Virus record (IMG/VR): IMGVR_UViG_3300048579_000438
Location: 1-34,661 of that record
Strand: one strand, 5' to 3'
Origin: a virus
Taxonomy: Duplodnaviria; Caudoviricetes
DNA: 34,661 nucleotides
Shown: positions 17,041 to 25,548 of the stretch, in pieces
How positions within the stretch are numbered: position 1 is the first letter of the stretch
Layout of the letters: each line of letters opens with the position of its first letter
Position numbers and translations under genes: made by a program
Notes under the pieces: generated by a model
Told to the model about the DNA's origin: nothing
The model's database searches: none
The model's input: only the letters and a program-made list of their open reading frames with translations

Positions 17041-17313
17041 TTATGAAAATTCAAATGAAAATTCGTTCCCAAAAACCCTGTCTAACTCAAAATCGTTAAT
17101 TCTTGTCGCTGGCCTAAGGCGATTAACAGCAAAGTAATCAGCTACCGCATCCTTTACTTTTGCCGCGCCGGTTATTTCGCCACCGGCATTCACCGTATCG
17201 GTCACAAACAAACCGTTGTTCACAGCAAGTTCAAAAGCTGCCTCAATACTGCCACACTCCTGAACCGCAATATCAAACAGCGTTTGCTCTTCTAAAACAA
17301 CGACTTTAGCCAT
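17041..17313 (-). CDS. LysM-like/tail X protein
   Basis: EQTLFDIAVQECGSIEAAFELAVNNG. Confidence 0.75.
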   Translation of the reverse strand: MAKVVVLEEQTLFDIAVQECGSIEAAFELAVNNGLFVTDTVNAGGEITGAAKVKDAVADYFAVNRLRPATRINDFELDRVFGNEFSFEFS

Positions 17314-18287
17314 TTCAGTAACTTTGTTAAAAGTGGTATCTCAATTACTTTTTTTCGTATCAAAACGTACAATACGCCACCGGAAATCAGCGCAATACAG
17401 GCAACAATAACCTTCCATTGCGCAATTCCTTTTCTTATGACTTCTTTCTTTTCACTTCTGACTTTAAATTGCAAATTTCGGACTTGATCTACGTTTTCCT
17501 GTTTTTGCCCTTTATCGGTAATTGTACTGTTATCCGCATCCTTTTTCTTAGTCGTGGTCTTTACGGTTCGTATTGCCTTAATAGGGCCTTTATCCACACT
17601 TCCGGTAATTGCGCCGTCCCCTGAGCCTGTCGAAGGGGGAGCATAAAACTCAGTAATCGTTTCTTCGGTTGTAGTTTCCATGTCAGTCGAAACGGCCTTC
17701 TGTACGTTTAAGTCCTTCTTTTCTGTCATCGAAGTATTAACTTCAATACGTTCGTTAGATGTCGTAACTGCCGATTCAACAAGCTTACTTGAGCTTTTAC
17801 AACCGGTCAGTAAAAGCAATGTAACAATCAGTGTTTTAACTACATTTTTCATTGTATCATCGTTTAAATTGATTCCTGTATCCTTTTCAATTTTCTTACC
17901 TATAAAGCCTTTCAATATTCCAAAAATGCGGCCTCCGGTAAGTTGATCCATATTTTCAGAGGCACTCCATACGTAAAATCCGCTAATAAGCCATGCCGCA
18001 ATATTATAACTGGCGGCAATCTTTTGGTTCATCTCTTTATCCATTGCATACAGCAAAGCAACCAACACGCTTGCACCAATGGCCCTCACAATGGCTACAA
18101 AAAATTTGGTCATACTAAACCGTTCTTTCTTTTTAATCATTGAATTAGCTAAACCGGCAATTAAATCGAATAACAGCGCGGCCCACATCACATGAATTGC
18201 GCCTTGTATTTCGGCAAAATACCCGATTATTGCAAAGAACAAACCGCATAACCAATTGTACAGGTGATTGTAAATCCAGTCCGTCAT
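17292..18287 (-). CDS. Holin fused in frame to a lipoprotein with a C-terminal TM (u-spanin-like)
   Basis: Multi-TM holin-like aa 1-145 (ATGA overlap with the amidase); internal MKNVVKTLIVTLLLLTG-C lipobox at 17852; C-terminal TM WKVIVACIALISGGVLYVLI. Confidence 0.7.
   Translation of the reverse strand: MTDWIYNHLYNWLCGLFFAIIGYFAEIQGAIHVMWAALLFDLIAGLANSMIKKKERFSMTKFFVAIVRAIGASVLVALLYAMDKEMNQKIAASYNIAAWLISGFYVWSASENMDQLTGGRIFGILKGFIGKKIEKDTGINLNDDTMKNVVKTLIVTLLLLTGCKSSSKLVESAVTTSNERIEVNTSMTEKKDLNVQKAVSTDMETTTEETITEFYAPPSTGSGDGAITGSVDKGPIKAIRTVKTTTKKKDADNSTITDKGQKQENVDQVRNLQFKVRSEKKEVIRKGIAQWKVIVACIALISGGVLYVLIRKKVIEIPLLTKLLKWLKSLF
17615..17638. repeat. REP-like element in frame within the spanin-like region
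   Basis: Minus strand CCCCTTCGACAGGCTCAGGGGACG, encoding PSTGSGD. Confidence 0.6.
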
Positions 18288-18757
18288 AATAAAGTCTGAT
18301 TTATGCCGATTGATTTCAACCACGCCTGAACGTCAAAACTTGGGCACGCTTTCCCATTATCGAAGTAGCGATGCCCTACAATCTTTACTTCAGGAAACTT
18401 TTTGTGAAATGCCAGGATATCGCGTTTCATCGATTCCTGCTGAGCGAATGACCTGGAATCAAACGGCTTTTTATTATCAGCAGTCATACCCCCTGCATAC
18501 ACAATATGCTTGCAAATGCTGTTTTTTCCGGCTACACCGTTAGTCACTTCCCAGGGATCAACAAAACCGTCATCATTATTCTGAACCAGACGTTCAACAC
18601 CGCCGTTAATGTGGTAGATGTCGGTATATCCAACCTGACTCCACCCTCTACCTTCAGGAGGTGGCGAAGTATGCCAACGCCGTATTTCTTCAGAACTTAC
18701 TTCACGCCCTGCCGGTGTAGCTGTGCAATGAATAACCAGGTACTCTAACTTTCTCAT
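18284..18757 (-). CDS. Endolysin, N-acetylmuramoyl-L-alanine amidase (Amidase_2/T7 lysozyme-like)
   Basis: LVIHCTAT, GWSQVGY, VGHR, KACPSFDV zinc-ligand motifs. Confidence 0.92.
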   Translation of the reverse strand: MRKLEYLVIHCTATPAGREVSSEEIRRWHTSPPPEGRGWSQVGYTDIYHINGGVERLVQNNDDGFVDPWEVTNGVAGKNSICKHIVYAGGMTADNKKPFDSRSFAQQESMKRDILAFHKKFPEVKIVGHRYFDNGKACPSFDVQAWLKSIGINQTLL

Positions 18758-19059
18758 AGTTCTATTTCAAATTGCGATAAATCTTCACCTACTATAATTT
18801 TCGGGTTTAATCCATCTGTTTTTAATTCCTTTGCCAGTTCATTTATAAATTGCTGCCTGCGCTTAACGCTTTTCAGGTAATTATCAATGCCAAGGCCAAG
18901 CGTGGGGTATTCTTTTATTTCGCCTTTTTGGCTTTCAATTATTGTTTTAACCCGCTGATAGTCGATTTCACCAACCACAACACCCTGAACGATCAAACCG
19001 CCATCGAGTACCGAATCAATCACCAGTTCGTAATTCTCATCAAGCAAAATCCCTTTCAT
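18754..19059 (-). CDS. Probable gp25/W-like baseplate wedge protein
   Basis: Size, position, KGEIKEYPTLGLGI motif. Confidence 0.55.
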   Translation of the reverse strand: MKGILLDENYELVIDSVLDGGLIVQGVVVGEIDYQRVKTIIESQKGEIKEYPTLGLGIDNYLKSVKRRQQFINELAKELKTDGLNPKIIVGEDLSQFEIEL

Positions 19060-19092
19060 GTCATTTATTTAGCTCCTGATCCCGTCAAAGGA

Positions 19093-19638
19093 TCAGTGTT
19101 TTATTGTCGTGTCTTCCAGTTCGTCAATGTCCGGATCCGCCGTTTTTGGGTTAAACATCAGGTTCAATGGAGCCCCGTTACCTGCCACAGGCGATGTTTT
19201 CAGTAATGCTTTCAAAGCCGTCATATCCGCTTTCACATCTTTCATCCAGTCAACCATCTTGTTAATGTTCAGCAAACCGCCGTTTTCACCGGCATTAAAA
19301 ACAAAACCGTCTTTATTCGCCAGGTAAGTCATGTCGCCAATCTTCATTTTTACCGCCGAAACTTCCGAGCATTTAATCACAACGGCTTCGGTTTTCATGT
19401 TTTCAATAATGGCCACCAGTACCGCCGATCCTTCAGCCGGATAAACCGTGAAGAAACTCTCTAGGTTATCATCAATCGCGTTCAGCCGAACATTTAAAAG
19501 AGTGGGCGAACCGTCACGTTCAACCTCACAGGTCAGCTCATCCACATTTCGGGCAATACCGGTTAAAATTTGTTTCACCTGCATCCCTCCAAAAATCTTT
19601 TTCAGTGCCAACTCAACAGCTTGTTCCAACTCATCCAT
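19093..19638 (-). CDS. Probable baseplate spike (gpV-like)
   Basis: OB-fold-like NVRL..YPAEGS.VLV; follows the hub gene. Confidence 0.6.
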   Translation of the reverse strand: MDELEQAVELALKKIFGGMQVKQILTGIARNVDELTCEVERDGSPTLLNVRLNAIDDNLESFFTVYPAEGSAVLVAIIENMKTEAVVIKCSEVSAVKMKIGDMTYLANKDGFVFNAGENGGLLNINKMVDWMKDVKADMTALKALLKTSPVAGNGAPLNLMFNPKTADPDIDELEDTTIKH

Positions 19639-19745
19639 CTCTTTTACTTTAAAACCACTTTAAAACTATCCACAATCAACTATTTTGTCGTAAACGATGA
19701 ATTGTACACTAAAACAACTGCGTTCAAAATAGGCCTGTTTTTCAC

Positions 19746-19857
19746 ACTCATAATTCATCATTCAAGATTCAAGATTCAAGACTCATCATTTATCATTCAA
19801 GATTCATCATTCATCATTCAAGATTCATCATTCAAGATTCATCATTCATAATTCCTC
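19746..19857. repeat. Heptamer tandem array, 16 units (ATTCATC/ATTCAAG variants)
   Basis: actcata attcatc attcaag attcaag attcaag actcatc atttatc attcaag attcatc ... attcctc. Confidence 0.9.
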
Positions 19858-20872
19858 ATTCTATTTTATAGCTAAGCGTATTTTCTCTCGAATAACCGTT
19901 GCTTTCGTTGTATGCAATCACTACTTTTTCAATAAGGTATTTGCCCGAACGATCCTTTTCAACCTTGTCATCAATCACCAAAGCATCACCGGCGTGTGTC
20001 CGGGGCAATCCAAAGCCTGTTATCGTGCCGGTGTAACCGTTATAACAGCGTTTGGTATAAATGCTTTCTCCAATGCTGCGTAATTCCTTTTCGGTATGTT
20101 TGCCTGGATAAGTAAACTTCAGTTCTGATGCTCCTTTGTCTTTGTTTCCAACCTCCACGGTTATTTTCTTTCCGTTCAAATCCATCGAACTTACTTTCAC
20201 ATGAAGCTTGTAATCTTCCTTTCGTTTAAATTTCAGTTCATTTTTCTTCACGAAATAAGCATCCATCGGCCCCGCTGTCGTGGGGTTCAAAACATAGCGG
20301 TGCACTTCTTTAATGTCATTACCTGCAACAATGTCGCGCAGGTTTACCGAAAGGTGACCGTTTTGCAACCTGCTGTAAAGTCCGTAGTCATTCTTTATGC
20401 GCTGCAATACCTGGAACGAACTTTCACTGTCTGTCTGAAACCGGCCTAAAGTCAAATCCGGACAATCAAAAGTCAAAGGAGCTTTAATAATGTCGGTAAG
20501 TACTTCCTTTAGCGTAGCGTTCTTGTAGCTCTTGGTGTTTGTATTACGCCGCAAATCAAACGTTTCGTCATCGCAGTGGATCACCAGCGGCAAATCGGCT
20601 TCAATTTCCCTCACGCGGCCAATAAATTCGGTGTCTGTGCTTTTCCATCCTTCGCGGTAATAGCCCGCTTCAATCTTAACCACATCGCCAACACCGATAT
20701 AGTCGAGTACCGTCCATCCGGGCTGATTCTTTACCGAATAATTTACCGGTATGGTTATTTTGGCCGTATTGCTCATCTCAGCAATCCCTTCCGAAATCTC
20801 AAACTGGGTAACGTGATCCAGAACCATGCCGCCAATAGTAACCTTACACACCATATTTAAATAAAGCATCAT
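19856..20872 (-). CDS. Baseplate hub/late control D-like protein
   Basis: 338 aa; GD.V.I..GY..EF.G.V..I..C.D; G.ITGFG.P...GD; G.YLIEKV. Confidence 0.75.
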   Translation of the reverse strand: MMLYLNMVCKVTIGGMVLDHVTQFEISEGIAEMSNTAKITIPVNYSVKNQPGWTVLDYIGVGDVVKIEAGYYREGWKSTDTEFIGRVREIEADLPLVIHCDDETFDLRRNTNTKSYKNATLKEVLTDIIKAPLTFDCPDLTLGRFQTDSESSFQVLQRIKNDYGLYSRLQNGHLSVNLRDIVAGNDIKEVHRYVLNPTTAGPMDAYFVKKNELKFKRKEDYKLHVKVSSMDLNGKKITVEVGNKDKGASELKFTYPGKHTEKELRSIGESIYTKRCYNGYTGTITGFGLPRTHAGDALVIDDKVEKDRSGKYLIEKVVIAYNESNGYSRENTLSYKIE

Positions 20873-21459
20873 CCGAATTGCGATTCTACTGGTGTTATCG
20901 AACGTGCGGTCATCGTATAAGCAATGGTATCTTCGTAACCTTCCACAAAATCAACCTGAACATCCCTGAAGAATATGGACTGAACGCCTACAGCCTGGAG
21001 TATTTCACTGTCGATCATCCATTCCCTGTTTGCTTCAAAAATGGTATTGATAGATGCCAGCTTATCAATCGGGAACTGGTGGTTTTCCATGTCAATCAAC
21101 AGGCCGCGCATGGTTATTTCGTAGGGTTCTGTGCCGTAGCGTTCAACTACCTCAATGTCCGAGTTGTCAACCGATGTAATCACCAGCTTTTTGGCGCGGC
21201 GCATGTTGAGCATGGGCGGCGTTGCAAATACATCGGCATATTCATCGGCCATACTCCTGTAAGCAAAATGGTAGGTTTCCAATCCGTGACGCAGTGTTAC
21301 TTCGTCAAAAGTGTAATCGGCAGTCAAGGGAAGTACGTCAACATTCAGGCTGCTTTTATTCAGTGCGTCGCTGAATAAAGTTTGCGCCAGCTTTGTCGCC
21401 GCTGATGCGGCAACAAAACCAAACGCATTCTTAACCCTACCTGCAAAATCAAACTTCAT
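20869..21459 (-). CDS. Tail tube initiator-like protein (DUF6046-like)
   Basis: Position between chaperone and hub; K.LV.T.V...VVE.Y...Y.I..RG. Confidence 0.55.
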   Translation of the reverse strand: MKFDFAGRVKNAFGFVAASAATKLAQTLFSDALNKSSLNVDVLPLTADYTFDEVTLRHGLETYHFAYRSMADEYADVFATPPMLNMRRAKKLVITSVDNSDIEVVERYGTEPYEITMRGLLIDMENHQFPIDKLASINTIFEANREWMIDSEILQAVGVQSIFFRDVQVDFVEGYEDTIAYTMTARSITPVESQFG

Positions 21460-21471
21460 TTTTTTCTTTTT

Positions 21472-21503
21472 AACTCGTAACCCGCTACCCGTAACCCGTA
21501 ACT
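21472..21503. repeat. Heptamer tandem repeat (AACCCGT-like)
   Basis: aactcgt aacccgc tacccgt aacccgt aact; related to the 9181 repeat. Confidence 0.65.
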
Positions 21504-21705
21504 AAAGCTTTATCCCTCTTAGAAAACCTTCAGCACTCAACCAATTCAGTTCTTTTATTCTGATTGCGTATTGTTCGTCGCTCAGTTTGTCCGGATTCTC
21601 TTTGTAAAAAAACCGGATCATCGCGTCGAACATCGCGTAATAGTCATTATCATCGCAGCTATCGGCCTCCGATATTGGTTTAATATCGGGTAGCTGCTCT
21701 ATAAG
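21502..21705 (-). CDS. -1 frameshift extension of the tail assembly chaperone (gpGT-like)
   Basis: Slippery A AAA AAC (21711-21705) just before the stop; open -1 frame LIEQLPDIKP..DAMIRFFYKENPDKLSDEQYA..LNWL..IKL*. Confidence 0.8.
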   Translation of the reverse strand, partial: LIEQLPDIKPISEADSCDDNDYYAMFDAMIRFFYKENPDKLSDEQYAIRIKELNWLSAEGFLRGIKL

Positions 21706-22046
21706 TTTTTTACAACAGCCTTTCTAACGGGTATCAATTCAGCTATTCCCGACAAAGCCCCGTAGAATAAACCATCATCAGCCAACACCTCTTCTTTGTG
21801 CGATAAAAGGCAGGCTTTTACTAAGATTTCATCGGCTTTCTTCGGATCAGAATCAGCAAAACGGCGATACTGACCAACAACCGAACGCGACGGAATACAG
21901 GCCAATACCGACTTAAATCCATCACTTTCATTGTCGCCAAGTGGCAACTCAATCAATTTAACTTTATCATCTCCATGCTTCTGTTTAGCTTCAGTAACCA
22001 TAGCTGGAGTAATCCCTTCAGGTAATTCTAAGTTTTTAGATGTCAT
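21699..22046 (-). CDS. Tail assembly chaperone
   Basis: Follows the tube gene; ends ..KAVVKNL at the slippery site; ATG at 22046. Confidence 0.8.
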   Translation of the reverse strand: MTSKNLELPEGITPAMVTEAKQKHGDDKVKLIELPLGDNESDGFKSVLACIPSRSVVGQYRRFADSDPKKADEILVKACLLSHKEEVLADDGLFYGALSGIAELIPVRKAVVKNL

Positions 22047-22070
22047 TTTTAAAAGTGTTTTTAAAGTTTT

Positions 22071-22110
22071 AAAAAAGGTAAGCCAGTCAATCAATCAAAC
22101 CGGCTTACCT
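22071..22110 (-). terminator. Intrinsic terminator or attenuator after the tail tube gene
   Basis: AGGTAAGCC/GGCTTACCT stem followed by a T tract on the minus strand; long loop. Confidence 0.55.
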
Positions 22111-22139
22111 CGTAAATCAAATATTCGGTTTTTGGTATT

Positions 22140-22559
22140 CTACAGTACGTTGTACTTAATATCGGTCACAAACAAATCGAACTCTCGTTCAAGTTCGCCG
22201 TCAGCAGTTACTTCGCGGCCCTGATCCTTGAATTTTGCAATTATCACGTCGTGAATCAGTTCATTCTCGGCGTTGGCATAGGTTACGTTGATCGGGAACG
22301 GCCTAATCTGTGCCAACCGGTGACCAGGAGCGGCGCGTTCAATGTCAGAAATGACATCGAGGCTTAAATTCAATTTACAAGTGTGCTCTTCAGCTCCCAT
22401 ACGCCAGCCGCGCGCCTTTCGGGCAATTCCCCTGGAATATTCGTGTTGGTTACTTGTCGAATAGCTGATAGAACTCGGATTAACGTCATTCATACCGGCA
22501 ACAGCTACGGTAACATCGCCTGCGCTATATACTTCACCGCCTTTTCTAATCCTTGTCAT
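22140..22559 (-). CDS. Tail tube protein
   Basis: 139 aa, beta-rich, directly after the sheath gene. Confidence 0.8.
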   Translation of the reverse strand: MTRIRKGGEVYSAGDVTVAVAGMNDVNPSSISYSTSNQHEYSRGIARKARGWRMGAEEHTCKLNLSLDVISDIERAAPGHRLAQIRPFPINVTYANAENELIHDVIIAKFKDQGREVTADGELEREFDLFVTDIKYNVL

Positions 22560-22561
22560 TG

Positions 22562-23788
22562 CTATTGATTTTTAAGGTTGATTGTACCAACAATTTCGTT
22601 CACACAGCCGGTAGGAACTACTGCAAACTGAATGCTCAGAACTTTAGCAATGAGCAAATCACTGTCTGGATCGGTCGATGTTTTACCGTCAGATATCAGT
22701 TCTTTGGTGCCCAGGCTATCAAATACACCGTCGCCAATGGCATCGAAATAACCAACCATTGTAGCAGGTAATTTGCCGTTTTCGTCCAAAACAACAGGCT
22801 TTTTCACTTCAGGCAAATAGGCAGCTCTCAGAGCGCGTTTAGCCATATCAATGGCGTGCGAGAAGTAAATTTCGTGCTGATTCATGTTACCGGCAGCATC
22901 GTTTATTACCGGAGCGCAGGTGTGCCCATCGTTCCAGAAATAACCGCTCAAGCCCTGGTATTTCATCACAAATACATACCCTTTAGTGTTCATGGCTTCG
23001 AGCTCGCTGTACACCTCAGCGTATTTTTTGTGGTTACTTAACCCGCCTACAACAAACCGGCCTAATGCGGCATTGGTAAGGTTCTGTGTGGCCACTTCGC
23101 CGGGGTTACGGTTCCATGCCTGCGAGGCCACGTCGCCCAGGAAATTACCCACATCGGCAAACTTTTTGCCCAAAGTCCACAAGCCGTCAGCATAGTTCCA
23201 GTCCTGACCAACAACAACGGTAACCTTTTCGTATTCGGCCTCCATGTCGCGCAAATCGGTCAACACGTTTGGTGTATCGCTGATTCCACGGCCTTCGAGT
23301 ATGCAATGCAACGGCATATCATGCTCATCGGCCCAATCGGCTAAAGCCTGTAGAATAGGAATAGTGGCTAAAATATCAGCATTCATACCATCAACAAGCG
23401 TTTCAACATATTCGGCAGCCGGATTGAATACAACAGCCAGGTCGGTTATCGCACCATCAGCAGCAACAACCAGATTTTTTGCCTGTTCGGTAATTTCATC
23501 GGGCATTACTGTTTGTGCCAGGATCATCAAATGAAGCTTACGGCCTTCGCCAGCCATGCGGTAAAATTCAGCAATGTGGCGGTACAGGTTCACCGAGTTT
23601 GCAGTATCGTAGGCCGCATCAATGCCCAATGCTTCAGCATCGGCAACGCGGCTAAGCACGTAATGCGTTGCCAGGGCTGCTTTACCAGCCACGGCAACAC
23701 CATTACCAATAAGTCCAAACTCGCGGGAGTCGCCCAGGATGTTTGCACCTATTTTACCTTCTTTTATTTGTACACCTCTCAAGCTCAT
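22562..23788 (-). CDS. Tail sheath protein (DUF2586-like)
   Basis: 408 aa; HIAEFYRMAGEG, L...GY.F..Y.G.SG.FWND, VVPTG..EI...I.L C-terminus. Confidence 0.8.
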   Translation of the reverse strand: MSLRGVQIKEGKIGANILGDSREFGLIGNGVAVAGKAALATHYVLSRVADAEALGIDAAYDTANSVNLYRHIAEFYRMAGEGRKLHLMILAQTVMPDEITEQAKNLVVAADGAITDLAVVFNPAAEYVETLVDGMNADILATIPILQALADWADEHDMPLHCILEGRGISDTPNVLTDLRDMEAEYEKVTVVVGQDWNYADGLWTLGKKFADVGNFLGDVASQAWNRNPGEVATQNLTNAALGRFVVGGLSNHKKYAEVYSELEAMNTKGYVFVMKYQGLSGYFWNDGHTCAPVINDAAGNMNQHEIYFSHAIDMAKRALRAAYLPEVKKPVVLDENGKLPATMVGYFDAIGDGVFDSLGTKELISDGKTSTDPDSDLLIAKVLSIQFAVVPTGCVNEIVGTINLKNQ

Positions 23789-24312
23789 TACTCAGCTTTT
23801 TTAAAGGTTTCAAGTTTCTTTTCAGCAGCGGAAATTACTTCCGGCCTGTTTTTTCCTGCTTTTTCAAGGTTCAGCAACGCTTCAACAGCTTTCTGATCCG
23901 TTTCGGCTTCAATAGCTTCAATGGTTACATTGTCCTTTGGGCTTTGAGCAGCCTCAGCAATTGCCTCAAGTCTTTTGTTGCCAGCATCTATTACCGTTTT
24001 TCTGTTTTTACCAGCAGATTCAGCATCTAGTATTGCTACAACAGCATCATGAGTTTCAGCGGCTTCAATAGCAGCAATCACATCAGCAGCTTTAGCCAGG
24101 TCATTGGTTGCCTTGCCTTCGCCTTTTTCTTCGCCTTCGCCTCCGCCTGCCAGCGGCACTTCAGCCACTTTATCCGCATTGCGTTCAACGCTCATCAGAG
24201 CCAGTCCCTTGTCGGTAAAAAACTCACCTTTTTCGTTCAGGAAAAGCTTTTTGAAACCGTGCTTTTTGGCAAGTTCGCGGCCTTCCTGTAACTTATCTTT
24301 CGTGATTTCCAT
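23788..24312 (-). CDS. Hypothetical head-associated protein with two internal helical repeats
   Basis: E.AGKNR..VI.A repeated twice; lies between capsid and sheath. Confidence 0.7.
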   Translation of the reverse strand: MEITKDKLQEGRELAKKHGFKKLFLNEKGEFFTDKGLALMSVERNADKVAEVPLAGGGEGEEKGEGKATNDLAKAADVIAAIEAAETHDAVVAILDAESAGKNRKTVIDAGNKRLEAIAEAAQSPKDNVTIEAIEAETDQKAVEALLNLEKAGKNRPEVISAAEKKLETFKKAE

Positions 24313-24387
24313 GTCGTACTTTTTTGATTAAGATTTATGAATGGGCTGGCACAATTGCTCATGCCAGCCGCTTAGCTCTTAGGAAAC

Positions 24388-25461
24388 CTATGCAGGTTTA
24401 CCAGATACAATTGCGCCAATTTCGCGAGCCTGGGCAGGCATCACAATGTTGTAGTTTTTGAAGTTGATCAGGTTCCGTTGATTCAACGGATCTGTTTTAG
24501 CTTCAGAGAAGAACATTTTAGCCGGTACGGATGCTTTACGGGCCAGCATCTTGTTGAACACAACAGAAGCCTGACGGTGATCGGAAGTTACAACACCACC
24601 GAAGCTGAGTTTAGCCTTCGTTGTTACGTTGTAATAAGGGTTATTGGCATATTCGCGAATCTCGAAACCAAGCTGGTTGGTAATAATACCATCTTTGAAG
24701 TTTGCATACGACTGTTTAAAGGCTGTATCTGCCAACAATAAATCGTTGACATGAGCATTACACAATACAAGGCGCAAATCTTCAAGTGAGAAACCGGCAG
24801 TTGTCCAAGCCTCACGCAAAGCAACAATATCATCCCATTTCAAACGCAGGCGTGTACCGTCAGCGGTTGCTGCACCTGTGGTAAGTAATACCGGAGTATT
24901 CACAGTATTGCCTGCCGGAGCCAATGAGTGGATTGCCTTTTTCAGCATGTTCTTAACCAATGCATTTTTGTGGCTGTCTTTTACAGTCGCCATCTTGTCG
25001 TAAGCCAATGCAAACAACTCATCATCGGTAATCGGAGTAGCTTTGGTCTGATATTTATCCAGGGTAATGGCATAAGGTGTGCCGTTTAATTCCTGAATTT
25101 CGATAGGATAAGTGGTATTATTAATCAACACGTCTGGCTCAACATCCCAATAAACACTATTAATGGAATACACTTCGCCGTCGCCGGTTACATACTGGCT
25201 TTTATCCGGTATTCCGTCCAGAAATGTATCTTTCAACGCTGCATCAGTCGATTTGGTAACCTCTTTTTCCCATACCTCGCGGTACACGGTAGCCATAGCA
25301 ATACCGCCAATCTGAGGTAAATGCACAAACGATAAGGCAAATAACCCGCCCGAAGCTGGCAACGCCAATGCTGGCAACTCAACGGCGTATGCAAAACCGC
25401 TGCCCATCATCAGGGCTATAATTGCCGAAAATAACACACTCATTACAAATTTCGCTTTCAT
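24388..25461 (-). CDS. Major capsid protein with a hydrophobic N-terminal extension
   Basis: Directly downstream of the protease/scaffold; 357 aa; plausible HK97-type size and pattern. Confidence 0.75.
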   Translation of the reverse strand: MKAKFVMSVLFSAIIALMMGSGFAYAVELPALALPASGGLFALSFVHLPQIGGIAMATVYREVWEKEVTKSTDAALKDTFLDGIPDKSQYVTGDGEVYSINSVYWDVEPDVLINNTTYPIEIQELNGTPYAITLDKYQTKATPITDDELFALAYDKMATVKDSHKNALVKNMLKKAIHSLAPAGNTVNTPVLLTTGAATADGTRLRLKWDDIVALREAWTTAGFSLEDLRLVLCNAHVNDLLLADTAFKQSYANFKDGIITNQLGFEIREYANNPYYNVTTKAKLSFGGVVTSDHRQASVVFNKMLARKASVPAKMFFSEAKTDPLNQRNLINFKNYNIVMPAQAREIGAIVSGKPA

Positions 25462-25522
25462 TTTACTTCAACTTTAAACTTTTATTTAAACTTTAAACTA
25501 TTCAAAATCAATACTATTTTAC

Positions 25523-25548
25523 AAGTCCCCTTTAGGGGATTTAGGGGC
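25523..25548. repeat. REP-like element
   Basis: AAGTCCCC-TTTA-GGGGATTT-AGGGGC. Confidence 0.6.

Noticed and set aside
19570-19851. 93-aa ORF with IQDSSF repeats, or a CRISPR-like array
   Set aside because: Product of a 7-bp tandem repeat on the non-coding strand; no spacers or cas genes
22047-22094. Upstream extension of the chaperone ORF
   Set aside because: Runs through a terminator-like hairpin and the TTTAAA start region; ATG 22046 is more plausible
24344-24369. Hairpin GGCTGGCA/TGCCAGCC after the capsid gene as a terminator
   Set aside because: No U tract on the coding strand; at most an mRNA-stabilising stem
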